NCBI GenBank assembly: GCA_039803205.1
Contig: JBDRYB010000001.1
Coordinates: 64,001 to 128,000 of the forward strand
Direction of reading: 5' to 3'
Length of the DNA stretch: 64,000 bases
From: a candidate division WOR-3 bacterium
GTDB taxonomy: Bacteria > Hydrothermota > Hydrothermia > JBDRYB01
Made by a program: the position numbers and the translations under genes. The notes under the pieces are model-generated. The model worked only from the letters and a program-made list of their open reading frames with translations, did no database searches and had not been told where the DNA came from. The stretch's first letter is position 1, and every line of letters begins with the position of its first letter. Below, piece by piece: positions 41,110 to 50,637 of the stretch.

Positions 41110-42129
41110 ATGCGCGTTGCGGTTTTGATGTCCGGGGGGGTTGATTCATCGGTTGCCCTCGCGCTCATGCTTGAGCAGGGGCACGAGTGCGCCGGCGTCT
41201 CTCTCCTGTTTCACCCCGACTCAACCTGTTGTCGCCCACAGGACATAGAGGACGCGGCCGCTGTCGCCAAGAAGCTTGGCGCCAAGCACATCGTCGTTGA
41301 TGTGCGGGAGGCTTTCTCGGATAAGGTTATAAAACCCTTCGTTGAGGGGTATTCCAGCGGGAAAACCCCAAATCCTTGCCCTATTTGCAACGCTCATATA
41401 AAGTTCGGCCTCGGCCTCAGGTGGGCCACATCTCAAGGGTTTGATCGCGTTGCATCTGGCCACTACGCGAGGATAAATCTCAAGGACAGCGAGGTCTTCC
41501 TTGAGAGGGCCAAGGACGCGAACAAATCGCAGGAATACTTTTTGGCCCTTGTTCCGGCTGAGAATCTGAGAAGAGCGGTCTTTCCTTTGGGGGAGCTCAC
41601 AAAAGATGAGGTTAGAACCATAGCCAAGGCCAAGGGGCTTCCCCTGCACGAGAAACCAGAAAGCCAGGATGTCTGCTTCATCCGTGGGGATCTCAGGAGA
41701 TTTCTCCGGGATCATCTTGGCGAGAGGCCCGGCAGGTTTCTTGATGCAAGGGGCAAGTCCCTCGGACATCATGATGGCTATTACACATATACAGTTGGCC
41801 AGCGCCGGGGCCACGGAGTCGCGACGGGCAAAAGGGCTTATGTTATACGGATAGAACCGCCGGATGTGATTCTGGGGACGAGGGAGGAGGCTTGTTCCAA
41901 AATTCTAAAGCTCACCAGCGTTAACAGGTTCACCGAGTTGAGCGAGGGCGATGTGTTCATGGTCAGGGTAAGGTATGGGCACGAACCAGGCCCAGCGGTT
42001 TTGGTTTCCGATTCCGGGAACGAGATGACGCTTGAGTTCAAAGATCCTCAGTTCGCGATTGTCCCGGGCCAGATAGGTGTCCTATACAGGGGCGATAGGG
42101 TCGTGGCCGGAGGGATAATCGCGCAATAA
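41110..42129 (+). CDS. mnmA: tRNA 2-thiouridylase MnmA (CXXC-type)
   Basis: MSGGVDSS, TPNPCPICN, SGHYAR, ESQDVCF, YTVGQRRG, PGQ. Confidence 0.95.
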   Translation: MRVAVLMSGGVDSSVALALMLEQGHECAGVSLLFHPDSTCCRPQDIEDAAAVAKKLGAKHIVVDVREAFSDKVIKPFVEGYSSGKTPNPCPICNAHIKFGLGLRWATSQGFDRVASGHYARINLKDSEVFLERAKDANKSQEYFLALVPAENLRRAVFPLGELTKDEVRTIAKAKGLPLHEKPESQDVCFIRGDLRRFLRDHLGERPGRFLDARGKSLGHHDGYYTYTVGQRRGHGVATGKRAYVIRIEPPDVILGTREEACSKILKLTSVNRFTELSEGDVFMVRVRYGHEPGPAVLVSDSGNEMTLEFKDPQFAIVPGQIGVLYRGDRVVAGGIIAQ

Positions 42130-42139
42130 GGCCCCCTGC

Positions 42140-42280
42140 TTACCGAATTACCATCTTCTCCGTAAGGCTCCTAGCCCCTGCCTCAAGCCTCAGGAAATAG
42201 ACCCCTGGCCCCAGATCCGGCACCCAGTGTATCTCTCCGTTTAGCCCAGGGCCCTCGCGCCCTGGGCCTTCGTGTATCAC
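42140..42280 (-). pseudogene. Orphan T9SS/FlgD-like C-terminal sorting-domain fragment (46 aa)
   Basis: Below the ORF-track cutoff: VIHEG...EIHWVPDLGPGVYFLRLEAGARSLTEKMVIR*; an in-frame stop lies 14 codons upstream. Confidence 0.6.
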
Positions 42281-42297
42281 CCGGACCCCCCGCGGAC

Positions 42298-42326
42298 TTG
42301 ACAGTCCACGCGAAATCGGTTATAAT
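42298..42326 (+). promoter_or_regulatory. Consensus sigma70 promoter
   Basis: TTGACA-N17-TATAAT. Confidence 0.8.
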
Positions 42327-42336
42327 TATCACCGCG

Positions 42337-42918
42337 ATGAGAAAATTTATGGTGTTGGGAATGATAATTTGGCCAGCCATGTTGATAGCTGGCGATCTGA
42401 TAATAAATGAGGTCTCGGTGAACCAAGGCACTTGGGTTGAGCTCAAGAACACCGGCTCATCACCGGTTAACCTCGGTGGTTGGCAGATAATGAACTCAAA
42501 GGGCTCGGATGTCCTTCCGGATGTGACGATTCAACCAGGGGCCTATCTGGTTATAGCGGGAAGCCAGGCCATGAAGGCAGATGTCTATATGGCTGATGGC
42601 TCTATTGGTTCTGGCCTCGTTGTCTCAGGGGACATGCTCGCCCTCGTGAATCCGGATGGTGAGGTCTCGGACCTCATGAACTGGGGCGAACCCGACCCAT
42701 CTTGGAAGAACTACATGCCAAGCCTCTGGAGCCGCGGCCCGAACATGAGCTCAACGGGTATCCTCGCGAGAGTTCCAGACGCGACCGATAGGGGCACTCC
42801 CAGGGATTTCAGGCCCATGACCCAGGCCACCCCAGGAAAGGAAAATGTTTATCCAGAGGGGCTTGATGTTCCATCCTGGGGAAAGATAAAGGCTCTGTTC
42901 TCGCCGGGACAGCGCTAG
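42337..42918 (+). CDS. Lamin-tail-domain exported protein with C-terminal SWGKIKALF motif
   Basis: Signal peptide; LIINEV...WVELKN...VNLGGWQI...TIQPGAYLVI...TPGKEN. Confidence 0.8.
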   Translation: MRKFMVLGMIIWPAMLIAGDLIINEVSVNQGTWVELKNTGSSPVNLGGWQIMNSKGSDVLPDVTIQPGAYLVIAGSQAMKADVYMADGSIGSGLVVSGDMLALVNPDGEVSDLMNWGEPDPSWKNYMPSLWSRGPNMSSTGILARVPDATDRGTPRDFRPMTQATPGKENVYPEGLDVPSWGKIKALFSPGQR

Positions 42919-42929
42919 CAACCGAGATC

Positions 42930-43751
42930 TCAGACGATTTCCAGCCGAAAATCCGGAACAAGACCTTTCTCTTTGGCTCTCATGAGGAGCTCAGAAAGCC
43001 CCATGAGCGCCTCCCTGTCCATAGCCTCGGTCTGCCGGTTGACATACATGTTAACGAAGCGCTCAAGGGTCTCAGTGGAAAGCCCCCTGCCGAAACCCGC
43101 GGCATAATCCAGGGCCTCCTGGCTGTGAGATAACGCATATGATATGCTCTCAGAGAGGATCCGACTCAGATCGGATATCACAACAGGGCCGAGGTCCTTT
43201 TTTACCAGGTTAACCCCCAGGACAAGGGGGAGACCCGTCTCAGAGCTCCACCACTCCCCGAGGTCAAGAACCCTGAAGAGCCCCTCTTGTTCGTATGTAA
43301 GCTGGCCCTCGTGTATTAGGAGCCCGGCGTCAGCGGCCCCTGATCTAACCGCGCTGATTATCCGATCAAACGGGATGACGGTGTATCTGAACTCGCCAAC
43401 AGCGAGCCTCGCGGCCAGAAAGGCTGTGGTCATCTCTCCGGGAACGGCCAAAACAAGGTCTTTAAGATCAGAAGGAGACAAAGGTTCCCTCGCGACTATT
43501 ACAGGGCCATAACCCTTTCCAACAGACGCGCCCGAACGCATGAGCAGGTATCTATCCCAGAGATACGGATATGAGGCCGCCGAAGCCGCTGAGAGGTCCG
43601 GCTCGCCGGCCATGCACATCCTGTTCAGGGTTTCTATGTCGTGATATGTCTGGACGAACTCATATGGCCCAGTGTCAATCCTGGCTTTAACCATCGCGTA
43701 GAACATGAAGGCGTCATCCGGATCAGGGCTGTGCGCGACGAGGATCTTCAC
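42930..43751 (-). CDS. mqnD: 1,4-dihydroxy-6-naphthoate synthase (futalosine pathway)
   Basis: AHSPDPDDAFMFY, DIETLN, GKGYGP, IHEGQLTY, LDLGEWW, MYVN. Confidence 0.9.
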   Translation of the reverse strand: MKILVAHSPDPDDAFMFYAMVKARIDTGPYEFVQTYHDIETLNRMCMAGEPDLSAASAASYPYLWDRYLLMRSGASVGKGYGPVIVAREPLSPSDLKDLVLAVPGEMTTAFLAARLAVGEFRYTVIPFDRIISAVRSGAADAGLLIHEGQLTYEQEGLFRVLDLGEWWSSETGLPLVLGVNLVKKDLGPVVISDLSRILSESISYALSHSQEALDYAAGFGRGLSTETLERFVNMYVNRQTEAMDREALMGLSELLMRAKEKGLVPDFRLEIV

Positions 43752-43843
43752 CCTGAGATTATACCAGCTAGGCCTGGACCATTGCACTTGTTAATCGCTC
43801 AGGAACCCAAAGCCAACCAGCAGAATTAGGGGGCGGTTTGCTT

Positions 43844-44914
43844 TCATTCGGAGTCTATCTCTCCCCTGAGCCGTTCCATGAACCTCTGGTAATGGCGAAC
43901 CGAGTGGAAGGTCGCAAGAACGGGGCCAAGCATCTCGTCCGAAAGAAAAAGGTGCCTGAGGTATGCTCTGGAGAAGTTCCGGCAGGCATAGCAATCGCAC
44001 CCTGGATCAATTGGGCCCAAATCCTCCTTGAACCTGGAGTTTCGGAGGTTGATCTGGCCCTCTGAGGTGAAGACCTGACCCTTGCGCGCGTTCCTGGTTG
44101 GCAAGACACAGTCAAAGATGTCAAAGCCCCTTTCAACCGCATCCCGAATGTCCTCAGGATAGCCAACGCCCATCAGGTAGCGGGGCTTTTCCTGGGGCAA
44201 TATCTCATCAAGGAGCTCAAGAACCCGGTTTCGTTCATCCCTTGTTTCACCGAGCGCGAGGCCTCCGGCCGCGTATCCGTCAAAATCCATCTCCGCCAGG
44301 GCCCTGGCACAATGCTCGCGGAGATCCGGATAAACCGAACCCTGAACAATAGCGAAAAGGGCTCCACGATGCTGGTTTTCCCTGAAGTACTTGATTGACC
44401 TCTCTGCCCAGGAAATGGTGAGCTCAACAGCCCTGGCCGCTTCTGCTTTGGGAACCGGATAAGGCACTGGCTCGTCCAGGGTCATCCTTATGTCAGAACC
44501 AAAAGCCTCCTGAAGATCCAGAACACGCTCCGGACTGAAGAAATGCGCGGAGCCATCCCTGTGGCTTTGGAATTGAACCCCATCAGGAAGAACCCTTCTG
44601 AGCTTCGCGAGGCTATAGACCTGGAATCCGCCGGAATCAGTCAGTATAGGCCTTTCCCATCCCATAAACCGGTGAAGTCCCCCTATGCTCTTTATGATCT
44701 CTGGGCCGGGCATCAGCGAAAGGTGATATGTGTTAGCCACGATCATCCAGGTTCCCGTCTGGACGAGCATGGCTGGGGTTATTCCCTTTAGGGTAGCCTG
44801 GGTGGCAACGGGCATGAAGCAGGGGGTTGGGACGAGGCCGTGGGCTGTGGTTATTGCTCCGGCCCTGGCTCGGCCTTTGCGGGCCCTTATCGCAAACCCG
44901 AATTCGGAACCCAT
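43844..44914 (-). CDS. tgt: tRNA-guanine transglycosylase
   Basis: TPCFMPVAT, NTYHL, TDSGGFQVYSL, PRYLMGVG, FDCVLPTR, CDCYAC. Confidence 0.95.
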   Translation of the reverse strand: MGSEFGFAIRARKGRARAGAITTAHGLVPTPCFMPVATQATLKGITPAMLVQTGTWMIVANTYHLSLMPGPEIIKSIGGLHRFMGWERPILTDSGGFQVYSLAKLRRVLPDGVQFQSHRDGSAHFFSPERVLDLQEAFGSDIRMTLDEPVPYPVPKAEAARAVELTISWAERSIKYFRENQHRGALFAIVQGSVYPDLREHCARALAEMDFDGYAAGGLALGETRDERNRVLELLDEILPQEKPRYLMGVGYPEDIRDAVERGFDIFDCVLPTRNARKGQVFTSEGQINLRNSRFKEDLGPIDPGCDCYACRNFSRAYLRHLFLSDEMLGPVLATFHSVRHYQRFMERLRGEIDSE

Positions 44915-45798
44915 AATCTAATAGCCCCTCTTTCGCAGGTTATCTCAATCTTTCCAGGGCCGGCACGGAAAACCTCGCCATCGGCCTGGGCTATGGTTTC
45001 CTCTTTCAACCAATAAATAACGGTCTCAGCCCTCGCGTGATGGACCTCTGGTAGGGTGAGGTGCTGGCCTCTCATCACTTTCGGTATGTTGATGGCCAGC
45101 CTGAGAAAAGAAACAGGCTCTATGAGATAGGTATCCAAAAGCCCATCATCCATCTCTGCCCCAGGAAAAAGCATGTATCCCCCGCCCATGAAACGCCCTA
45201 TTCCAGCGCCGGACATGAGCACATGGCCCTCATACCTCAAGCCATTAGCCTCCAGGCCCAAGCGTGGGGGCAAAAATCCCCTAAAAGCCAAAAGCGTTGA
45301 AGCGAGATAAAGCGGGAAACCAGAAAGCCATCTCAGCCTGTTGATGCCTTCCGCGACGCGGGCATCAAAACCAAACCCCATTCCCACAGCAAACGCAAAG
45401 GAGAGTTCCCTGGACCTCAAAAACCCCAGGTCAAGAACCCTCTCTTTTGGCTCTCTCATTATCTTAATGGCATCCGAAATGCTCATCTTCTTGCCGAAAA
45501 CGCTCCTCGGTAGGTCGTTTCCGCGCCCGCAGGGCAAGATTGCCATGGGGACCCCCGTTCCCGCCAAGGCCTCTGAGGCCTCCCTGAATGTCCCATCCCC
45601 TCCAAGGCAAGCTATCACCTCAGCCCCAGCGTCAAGGAGCGCCCTGGTCTTTAGGGTCCCATCCCCCCTGGTCTCCGTAAACCGGACGATGGGTTCTGGA
45701 AATATCTCGGTTATCCGCTCAATTACTCTCCCGGCCAAGCTCCTGGCCCTTCCCCTCCCCGCCGCTGGGTTGACGAGAAGCCCTAGCCTATGGGCCAT
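44887..45798 (-). CDS. Diacylglycerol/lipid kinase family (YegS/BmrU)
   Basis: VNPAAG, GGDGT, PCGRGND, GFDA, ADGE. Confidence 0.9.
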   Translation of the reverse strand: MAHRLGLLVNPAAGRGRARSLAGRVIERITEIFPEPIVRFTETRGDGTLKTRALLDAGAEVIACLGGDGTFREASEALAGTGVPMAILPCGRGNDLPRSVFGKKMSISDAIKIMREPKERVLDLGFLRSRELSFAFAVGMGFGFDARVAEGINRLRWLSGFPLYLASTLLAFRGFLPPRLGLEANGLRYEGHVLMSGAGIGRFMGGGYMLFPGAEMDDGLLDTYLIEPVSFLRLAINIPKVMRGQHLTLPEVHHARAETVIYWLKEETIAQADGEVFRAGPGKIEITCERGAIRLWVPNSGLR

Positions 45799-45856
45799 AA
45801 ACCCCTCTTAGAATACAGGCCTGCCGCAAATCCATTTCCAGGTGAATAAAAGGCAT

Positions 45857-46210
45857 TCAGGTTTTCTGCCCCTCCTCTGCTCCCGTGATCAATCTAATGA
45901 TGAACTCAACCGCTTTGCCCGTGTGCTCGCTTGTCCTGCGCGCCAGCTCGTCTGCCTCGGCTCTTCCAGCCGCGAGGGCATCCGCGACCTCCCTCTCTAT
46001 TTCCAGAAGCCCCTTCTTCTTTATGAGCTCTGCCCTCAGAACAGCATCTCGTTCCGCATCCGAGATAATGCGCTTTGCTTCCTGTTTTGCCCTCTCAATT
46101 GCCTCTTTTGCCCTCGCCTGGCCATCCCTCACCAGCTCCTCGGCTCTTGTTTCTATTTTTTCCAGCTCTTCGTGCATAGGAGACTTTCTATCCGAATTCT
46201 CGCGTCCCAT
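45857..46210 (-). CDS. Putative V/A-type ATPase subunit G/H (peripheral-stalk coiled coil)
   Basis: EELEKIETRAEELV...AKQEAKRIISDAE...KAVEFII; start is 46210 or 46177. Confidence 0.6.
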   Translation of the reverse strand: MGRENSDRKSPMHEELEKIETRAEELVRDGQARAKEAIERAKQEAKRIISDAERDAVLRAELIKKKGLLEIEREVADALAAGRAEADELARRTSEHTGKAVEFIIRLITGAEEGQKT

Positions 46211-46211
46211 A

Positions 46212-46868
46212 TCAGGGTCTTTCTCCCTTGAACAAAGCGATAAGGCCAAAGCTTAAAGCAATCGCCCTCGCGCCTTCAAACCCAACCTCTCCCATTTCCT
46301 TTAGGAAGTTGCCCCTCGGGCCGAAACCCTCCACAGAGCGAGCAAAATAGCTATATGCAGAGGGGTCGGTCCTCAGGAGCCTTGCCAGGAAGGGGATCCA
46401 AAAGCGGGCATAGACCCTGAAGAGGAGCCGGATAGCCGGATTCTCCGGGAGGACGGAATCCAGAACAATCAGCCTTCCGCCCGGTCTCAAAACCCTCGCT
46501 ATCTCTCGGAGGGCCTGGCGCCTATCCGGGAGGTTCCTCATCCCCCAGGCCACAGTTACCGAGTCAAACGAGCCATCCCTGAAGGGAAGACAAAGAGCAT
46601 CTGCTATGACAGAGGGAATATGAGGAGCCTTGAGCCTCATGGCTCTCAGCATGTTCATGTCCCCGTCAAGGCCAATAACGGACAGGCCGTTCGCTTTCAC
46701 GGATATTGCCATGTCTCCGGTCCCTGAGCAGAGATCGAGGACGGATCCTGAGCAATCTCTCGCGGCAAGCCGTCTCCAGGCCTTATCCATTCCCAAGCTC
46801 ATGAGCCTGTTCATCCGGTCATATGCCCGGACTATTCCGGAGAACATGCGGGGAGAACCATCATTCAT
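46212..46868 (-). CDS. ubiE: UbiE/MenG-family menaquinone methyltransferase
   Basis: YDRMNRLMSLG...WRR, LDLCSGTGD, LPFRDGSFD, GMRNL, RVLRPGG. Confidence 0.88.
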   Translation of the reverse strand: MNDGSPRMFSGIVRAYDRMNRLMSLGMDKAWRRLAARDCSGSVLDLCSGTGDMAISVKANGLSVIGLDGDMNMLRAMRLKAPHIPSVIADALCLPFRDGSFDSVTVAWGMRNLPDRRQALREIARVLRPGGRLIVLDSVLPENPAIRLLFRVYARFWIPFLARLLRTDPSAYSYFARSVEGFGPRGNFLKEMGEVGFEGARAIALSFGLIALFKGERP

Positions 46869-46886
46869 AATGAAAAGATATAAGCG

Positions 46887-48551
46887 CTAATATGGGAACC
46901 AGACCAGCTTCTTTTGACAGACTGCCTCACCAACCGCGAGGTTCACGAAATATATCCCCCTGGGCATGAGCCTTCCCGTCTCATCCGTCCCGTCCCATGT
47001 AACCCAGTATGCCCCTGGTTCCATCTGGCCCCTGTCCAGGACCCTCACGGTCTTGCCCGATGGCTCAACAACCCTGAGCTCTGCCCATGATGGCTTTTCT
47101 ATGAGGTAAAGGATGCCAGCTGATCCGAAAGCTGGGTTTGGTATGAGTTTGATGCTCGTGTCCGGGAGAGAAACCTGCGCCTCTGAGGATCTCACTCTTT
47201 TGGATGAAACCGTGAGCAAGGAGCCTATCTTCGGGTTTTTGATGGTCTTCTTCCCCCCTCCGCAGGCCCAGACAATAACAACGGAATCCGCTTGCGACCT
47301 CTCCCCTACTCCAAATATGAGATCCCCCGCTCCGTGGCTCAGGGAGTTTATGGAGGCGCCAGGTTGGATCATCTTCTTGAAGTTCTCTGAATAAATGGTT
47401 ATTCTGTCAACAGGGTCCGGGCCCTTGAGCCTTAGCTTGATGTAATTTCCCCTCGCGGTGATGTTCTCAAGAAGCCTCAGAGAACCATCGGCTACGAGAG
47501 CTATGTCCGGATCCCCGTCATCATCGTAATCACCAAGAGCAAGCGTTCTCACTCCGCTAACAGCATCCAGTCCCCACGCAGATGTCCTGTCAACGAGGAG
47601 GCTGTCCTCATTGATCATCAGTCTCAGTGCCCCATCCATGGTTACCAGGAGGATGTCATCCCACCCATCCAGGTCAACATCACAGAAAACGCCATCCCTT
47701 AGGGGGGGCAAGCCCGAAAGCCCAGCCTCGGCAGTGATATCCCGAAACTCACCAGATCTGTTAGCCAGAAGGAGCGCCCCCTCGTCCGAACACACGAGGA
47801 TGTCATAAAGCCCATCCCCATTGTAATCCCCAACCATTATCCCCCTCGTCTCAGATGTCCCTGCCCTGTAGAAAACCCTGCCCATGTCATCCTTTCTGCC
47901 CTTTATGACCAAAATCCCCTGGTCCTTATGGGAGAGGATTATGTCAGGATAGGTATCCAGGTTGAGATCAACAACCAGGCCCGAAAACCCGTCAGCTGAC
48001 AGCTGGGCCAGAGGAGGCGGGGTTCCTTCAACGAAGCCACCTGAGCTGGGAACCCAGAGCCTGTGGCCGGGCTCATTTATCAAAGCTGTGTTTATCTCGA
48101 GAAGCTCAAGCTGATCGTTGCAATCCACATCAACAGGAAGGAGCCTCCTGGTTGAGCGCCCACCAGTAAAACCCATCTCCGGAGATACATCCTGGAAAAC
48201 GCCCGCCTTTTTCTTCAGGAAAACGGGAGGGGAGCCGAGATGCGAGCTTGCGGCCGCTATCTCCACTGCACCATCATAATCAAGGTCCCAGGCCAGAAGT
48301 CCCAAAACGCCGGGCAGGGTTCCGCGGCTCTCCTGGGCTGTGGCATCCGTGAACTTGCCTCCCACATTCTTGAAAAACTTGGTGGCACCGTCTTCGGAAG
48401 AACCAACGATGATATCCAGGTCCCCGTCGCCGTCGTAGTCAACGAGGGCAACGGACCTGGCGAAGGATACGCCCATCAAGCCAGCCTGGGCTGTAACATC
48501 GCAAAACGCGAGCAAAAAACCAAATGCCACAGCTTCATAATGATAAACCAA
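46887..48551 (-). CDS. FG-GAP/VCBS-repeat protein with ASPIC/UnbV-like and FlgD-Ig/T9SS-like C-terminal domains
   Basis: DYDGDGDLD, GDYNGDGLYD, GDYDDDGDPD repeats; PNPAFG...WDGTDETGR...GIYFV...KKLV. Confidence 0.85.
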   Translation of the reverse strand: MVYHYEAVAFGFLLAFCDVTAQAGLMGVSFARSVALVDYDGDGDLDIIVGSSEDGATKFFKNVGGKFTDATAQESRGTLPGVLGLLAWDLDYDGAVEIAAASSHLGSPPVFLKKKAGVFQDVSPEMGFTGGRSTRRLLPVDVDCNDQLELLEINTALINEPGHRLWVPSSGGFVEGTPPPLAQLSADGFSGLVVDLNLDTYPDIILSHKDQGILVIKGRKDDMGRVFYRAGTSETRGIMVGDYNGDGLYDILVCSDEGALLLANRSGEFRDITAEAGLSGLPPLRDGVFCDVDLDGWDDILLVTMDGALRLMINEDSLLVDRTSAWGLDAVSGVRTLALGDYDDDGDPDIALVADGSLRLLENITARGNYIKLRLKGPDPVDRITIYSENFKKMIQPGASINSLSHGAGDLIFGVGERSQADSVVIVWACGGGKKTIKNPKIGSLLTVSSKRVRSSEAQVSLPDTSIKLIPNPAFGSAGILYLIEKPSWAELRVVEPSGKTVRVLDRGQMEPGAYWVTWDGTDETGRLMPRGIYFVNLAVGEAVCQKKLVWFPY

Positions 48552-48568
48552 ACGGTGTGGCCGATCAA

Positions 48569-49735
48569 CTAGTCTGCTTTCAATATTCCTTCCCTGCCAA
48601 AAGCCCTGGAAGCGAGGAATGTTGCGCCTGCCGCGTAGACCGAATTCGCAACAAGGCTTATTATGAACGGCAATACCCTAAGGTTCCCCATGAGCGCGCC
48701 CTTTATTGCCATGGCTGTATTGTATATGGGCACAAGCGCGCCCAGGCTCGTCAATTGCGCTCCGGGCATCATGCTCGCCATCGCTGGGAATATCACGATC
48801 AAAGATAGGGGCGTTAGGTATGTCTGCGCCTCCCGGTAGCTCTTCGCGTATGAGGCGAGAGCGACCTCAAGTGATGCGGCAAAAATAGCCAGGGGCACGA
48901 CGCTCAGAAACAGCACGAGAAAACCCGCGGAGTTCGGGGACATTTCCTTTGTTAACTCACTTAGCTCTGGAGAGAGAGTTCCTGCGAAAACGAAACACAG
49001 TCCGTAAGAGGCAAGGTTCAGCAATCCCGTGACCAAGGATGCCAGAGCAACCGCGCTTATCTTTGAGGAGACGATAACGCTCCTTGAGACCGGGGCTGAG
49101 AGCAGGATCTCTATGGTGTGCCTCTCCCGCTCGCCGGCCACGAGGTCCATGGCTGGATACATTCCCCCAGTGAAAACGAGAAGAACGAGGATGTAACCCA
49201 AGAGCGTTCCGAGGATGTAGCCGGTCATCCTTTGAGGGGGCGCGACATTTTCCTCCCTCACTGAAAGCGGGCGCCACATCCATCCCGGCGCGCCCAGCGC
49301 CTCCATGTTGTCTCTCAGGTTCATCTCCCTCGCGGAATCCAGGACTGCTGTTACTTTGGCCAGGGAATATTCGGATGACTCGTCTGAGGCATCGTGATAG
49401 CAGGTCGCGAGGATCGTCCCATCATCCCTTCTCTCCCACCAGATACCCACATCCGCTTTCCCGGTCTCAACATCGGACCTCGGAGAATCTGAGGGAAAAG
49501 GGGATAAGCCCTCTTCCACGAGCAGGCTATCAAGGCCCTGTATCGGGAAATTTGGCCTTATCGCTACTGGATGCGGGGCTTTCTCTATCCTGCTCATCGC
49601 GGAGGCCGTGAAGTAAGAGACCGCTATGAGAATAACGGGTATGGCAACGAGGGGAACCAGGATCATGCTTATTATTGCCCTCCTGTCCCTCATGATCTCC
49701 ACGATCTCCTTGAAAAGAAGGACCCTGAACCTCAT
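48569..49735 (-). CDS. ABC transporter permease (NatB-like)
   Basis: KEIVEIMRDRR, AGERERHTIEILL, AKSYREAQTY. Confidence 0.88.
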   Translation of the reverse strand: MRFRVLLFKEIVEIMRDRRAIISMILVPLVAIPVILIAVSYFTASAMSRIEKAPHPVAIRPNFPIQGLDSLLVEEGLSPFPSDSPRSDVETGKADVGIWWERRDDGTILATCYHDASDESSEYSLAKVTAVLDSAREMNLRDNMEALGAPGWMWRPLSVREENVAPPQRMTGYILGTLLGYILVLLVFTGGMYPAMDLVAGERERHTIEILLSAPVSRSVIVSSKISAVALASLVTGLLNLASYGLCFVFAGTLSPELSELTKEMSPNSAGFLVLFLSVVPLAIFAASLEVALASYAKSYREAQTYLTPLSLIVIFPAMASMMPGAQLTSLGALVPIYNTAMAIKGALMGNLRVLPFIISLVANSVYAAGATFLASRAFGREGILKAD

Positions 49736-50457
49736 CTTCCACCTCCAACGAGAGCAAGATAGACCTCTCTGAGCTTCTCTTTGCCGGTCTTAGCTCTCAG
49801 ATCCGTTATGGTTCCCTCCGCAACAACCCGCCCTCCGGTTATCACAACGATCCTGTCCGCCAGGAACTCCGCCTCCTCCATGATGTGGGTTGAGACCAGG
49901 ATTGCCTTCCCTTCCCCCTTCATCTCAAGGATGAAGTTCTCAACAGCCCTGGATGACTCCACATCAAGCCCCTTTGTTGGCTCGTCCATTATGAGTATGG
50001 GTGGATCGTGCACGAGGCACCTCGCTACCGCTACACGCTGTCTCATCCCCGTGGATAACCTCGCTATCCTGGTGTCCGCAAACCCGGTCATTCCAAGCCT
50101 CTCGGTGAGATACTCGATCCTCTTGGCCAGCTTCTCCTTGGGGATCCCAGACAGGCTTCCGAATATCCTCAGGACCTCCTTCGGAGTGAGCCTGTGATAA
50201 AGGCCGGAATCAGCTGGCAGGAAACCAAGCAAGGCCTTGGCCTCCTCGGGTGACCTCCCAGCAAGCTTGGCTTTGCCCTGATCAGGTCTCAGCAGTCCTG
50301 CAAGAAGCCTCATGGTAGTGGTCTTCCCAGCGCCATTTGGACCCAACAAAGCAACGACCTCGCCCGCCTGGACCCTGAAGGATACCCCATCAACGGCGCG
50401 AACATCGCCCCTCCTTCTGTCCTTGAATGACTTGAAGAGACCCTGCGCCTCAATCAT
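49732..50457 (-). CDS. ABC transporter ATP-binding protein (NatA-like)
   Basis: GPNGAGKTT, LSTGMRQR, DEPT, STH; TATAAT 6 nt before the ATG. Confidence 0.92.
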   Translation of the reverse strand: MIEAQGLFKSFKDRRRGDVRAVDGVSFRVQAGEVVALLGPNGAGKTTTMRLLAGLLRPDQGKAKLAGRSPEEAKALLGFLPADSGLYHRLTPKEVLRIFGSLSGIPKEKLAKRIEYLTERLGMTGFADTRIARLSTGMRQRVAVARCLVHDPPILIMDEPTKGLDVESSRAVENFILEMKGEGKAILVSTHIMEEAEFLADRIVVITGGRVVAEGTITDLRAKTGKEKLREVYLALVGGGR

Positions 50458-50637
50458 GGACAAATTATATTGGGATCTCAAGTATCCGTGCCTGGCCTCG
50501 CCCATGCATTAATGGCTGGGCAACTAGGAAATAATTGTAGCGATGTGAAAGACTCTTAACCCAAAGCGACCTTCCCCCTAGCCCTACCGCAGGTCCGGGT
50601 GAAAGAGGATAGCCACTCAGATTATAATCTGAGAGCT

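Noticed and set aside
42245..42267. GCCCAGGGC/GCCCTGGGC hairpin as the mnmA terminator
   Set aside because: It has no U-tract, is about 115 nt from the stop, and lies within the CTD remnant.
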